From NCBI RefSeq assembly GCF_009914755.1, contig NC_060930.1: a DNA stretch of 64,000 nucleotides; one strand, 5' to 3'. Positions 61,457 to 64,000 of this stretch are shown here, piece by piece. A program made the translations under genes and the position numbers. A model generated the notes under the pieces. The model made no database searches and had not been told where the DNA came from. It saw only the letters and a list, made by a program, of their open reading frames with translations. This DNA is from the human T2T-CHM13v2.0 reference genome, Homo sapiens. Position 1 is the first letter of the stretch. The number at the start of each line of letters is the position of its first letter.

Positions 61457-63903
61457 TGTCTCAGTCCATTTTTATTTTGCTATAACTAAACATCTGAGAC
61501 TAGGTCATTTATAGAGAAAATAAATTTATTTCCTGCAGTTCTGGAGGCTGTGAAGTTCAAGACTGAGTTGCTGCCTCTGTTGAGGGGCCTTCTTATTGCA
61601 TCATAACATGGCAGAAGGCATCACATGACAAAAAAGCAACAGCAAGAGCCAAACTGGCTTTTATCATAGGCCTAGTTTGTGACACCTTACATAGTCCTAT
61701 GAAAACACATTAAGCCATTAGCCCATTAATCCATTAATTCATGAATAGATTAATACATCCATGTGGGGAAAGCCCTCATGACTCAAACCTTTCTCAAAAA
61801 ACCCATCTCTTAATACTGTTACATTAGTATTAAGTTTTAACATGAGTTTCAGAGTCTAGAAATATTCACACCATAGCCTTTCACCCATGACCTCCCATAA
61901 TTTATGTCCTTATCATATGCAAATACCTTCATTCCATTCCCGTAGCCCCAAAGTCTTAACCTGTTCTAGCACCAACTCTAAAATACGAAGTCAAGAGTCT
62001 CATCTGAGACTCAAGGCATGATCCATCCTTGGGCAGGTTCCCTTTCAGTTGTGAAATCAAAACAAGTCATATAATTCTAAAATACAGTGCTGGTACAGGA
62101 ATAAGACAGACATTCCCTTGTCGAAAGGGAAAATAAACTAGAAGAAGGGGTTAATGGTCCCCAAGCAAGTCTTTAACACAGCAGGGCACATATTAAATTG
62201 TAAAGCTAAAGAATACTCTTTTTTGGGTCCATGTTAAGCATTCTCTGCACAATGTGGGGAACACATTGAGCCACTCTGCCCCTATGGCTTTGCTGTGCTC
62301 AGAACACACTTCAGCTTTCTCAGATTGGAATTGCTCATTGGTGCCTGCAGCTTTCCCAGGTGGGCACTGCACACTGCTGGTGTTTCTATAATTCTAGGAT
62401 CTCAAAGGCAGCTCTGGCTCTCACCCCGTATTTTTACTCAACATTGCTGTAGTGGGGCTCTCAGCCATGGCTCTGTCCCTGTGACAAGTCTCTGCCTGGG
62501 TCCCCATGCTTTTAGATACATCCTCTGAAGTCTAGGTGAAGGCCATAGTGGCCCTACAACTCTTGCATTCTGTATCCCTGCAGAATTAGCACCAGGTGGA
62601 CACTGCCAAGGCTTATGGCTTTTGCTTTCTGGAGCAGTGAGGTAAGCTACACTTGGAGCCTCTTGAGCCAGTTGGAGTGGCTGAGGAATGATGCGCTCAC
62701 ATGAAGGGAGCAGAGGAGTCCTGAGCAGCCCTGGGCAGCAAGCTGTGGAGAGTACCCTGGGCCTGTCCCCTGAAACTATTCTACCCTCCTTGGCCCCTGG
62801 GCTTTTCATGAGAGGGGGCAGTCTTAAAAATATGCAAAATACTTTTCAAACATTCTCCTCATTGTCTTAATGAATAACATCTGACTCCCTTCTATCAGTG
62901 CTAATCTCTTTAGCAAGCAGTTTTGCTGTTTACATGGCTAAGCAAGCTGCAAACTTTTCAAATCATTTTGCTGTGATTCCCTTTAATTATACATCTGTCT
63001 TTAAGTCATGTTTTTGCTCCTGAATTGGCCAAAAGTAACCACACAGCCAAAAGTAGCCAAACAGCATCATGAATGCTTTGCTCCTTAAAAATTTCTTCTA
63101 TAAGATATTTTACTTTATTATTGTCAAGTCTGGCCTTCTACACAGCCCTAGAGTATGGACACAGTTCCAGTAAGCTTTTTGCTACTTTATACCAAGTATG
63201 ACCTTTATTCCAGGTTCTGATACCTTGTTCCCCCTTTCTGTCTGAAACCTCATAACGGCCTTCATTGTCTATAAGTTTACTAGTATTTTGGCCATAATCA
63301 CTTAAATAATTTATAAAATGATTCAGACTTTCCCTAGTCTTCTCATCCTCTGATCCTTCACCAGAAGCACCCTTAACACTCTATTTACAGCAATATAAGA
63401 TTTTTTTTGCCTGCTCCTCCAAACCCTTCCAGCCTTTGTCCATTACCCATTTCCAAAGCCACTTGCACATTTTTAGGTTGAGCATCAGCCTCACTTCTTG
63501 TTACCAAAGCCTGTATTAGGGTTCTCCAGAGAGACAAAACCAATGGGATATACAGAAGGGGATTTGTTAGGGAAATTGGCTCACACAGTTATGGAGACTG
63601 AAAAGACCAAGGTCAAGGGTACGTATCTGGTGAGAATCTTCTCATTGTATCATAACATGGCAGATGGCATCACATGCTAAAAGAGCAAGAACAATAGCCA
63701 AACTGGATTTTATAACAGACCCACTCTTGACGACTATCCTATTCCTGTGATAAGCCATTAATCTGTGAATCCATGAGTAAATTAATCTATTCATGAGGGC
63801 TCTGCCTCTATTGTCCCTTAAAGGCCCCACTTCTTAATACTGTTACATTGGGGATGAAGTTTCAATATGGGTTTCAGAGGAGACAAACATTCAAACCATA
63901 GTG
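61457..63903 (-). mobile_element. Full MST (MSTD-like) MaLR provirus: LTR 61457-61878, internal 61879-63511, LTR 63512-63903
   Basis: Two direct repeats share cataacatggcaga.ggcatcacatg, agccaaactgg, ccattaatc, cttaatactgttacatt and accatag; MST-int-like internal region. Confidence 0.85.
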
Positions 63904-64000
63904 ATGTCACTACAAAAAAATTAATGAAACACAAAGGAGTACAGTAAGAGAGCAAAATACAGATAAAAGTGCTATATGATATATAGAAAACAATAAAATG

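Overview
Primate (almost certainly human) AT-rich, repeat-dense genomic DNA containing the first coding exon of HCRTR2 (orexin/hypocretin receptor 2, + strand; CDS 20211-20433, then a GTGAGT donor), its CpG-rich promoter/5'UTR, about 20 kb of upstream sequence and about 43.5 kb of intron 1. Exon 2 is not in the window. The left 13 kb is a nested stack of LINE-1 elements: an old L1M contains an L1PB/MA 5' end, which contains a full-length decayed L1PA7/8-like element, which contains an AluYd-like element. The intron carries Alus, MIR/L2 relics, MaLR/ERVL LTRs, a Tigger3a and a full MST provirus. The most unusual features are: (1) a ~1.3 kb highly degenerate (CCCTAA)n telomere-like array in intron 1, rich in ACUAAY motifs on the sense strand and lying between two inverted LTR33-like elements; (2) an MST provirus whose two LTRs do not match because one end is MLT2/ERVL-like; (3) a T24-ACAG|GT...|GTGAGT candidate poison/recursive exon; (4) uORFs, tandem acceptors and an intronic polyA candidate around exon 1. 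There are no prokaryote-type systems (CRISPR etc.). Repeat subfamily names come from recalled consensus sequences, not from a database search, and the boundaries of old repeats are approximate.
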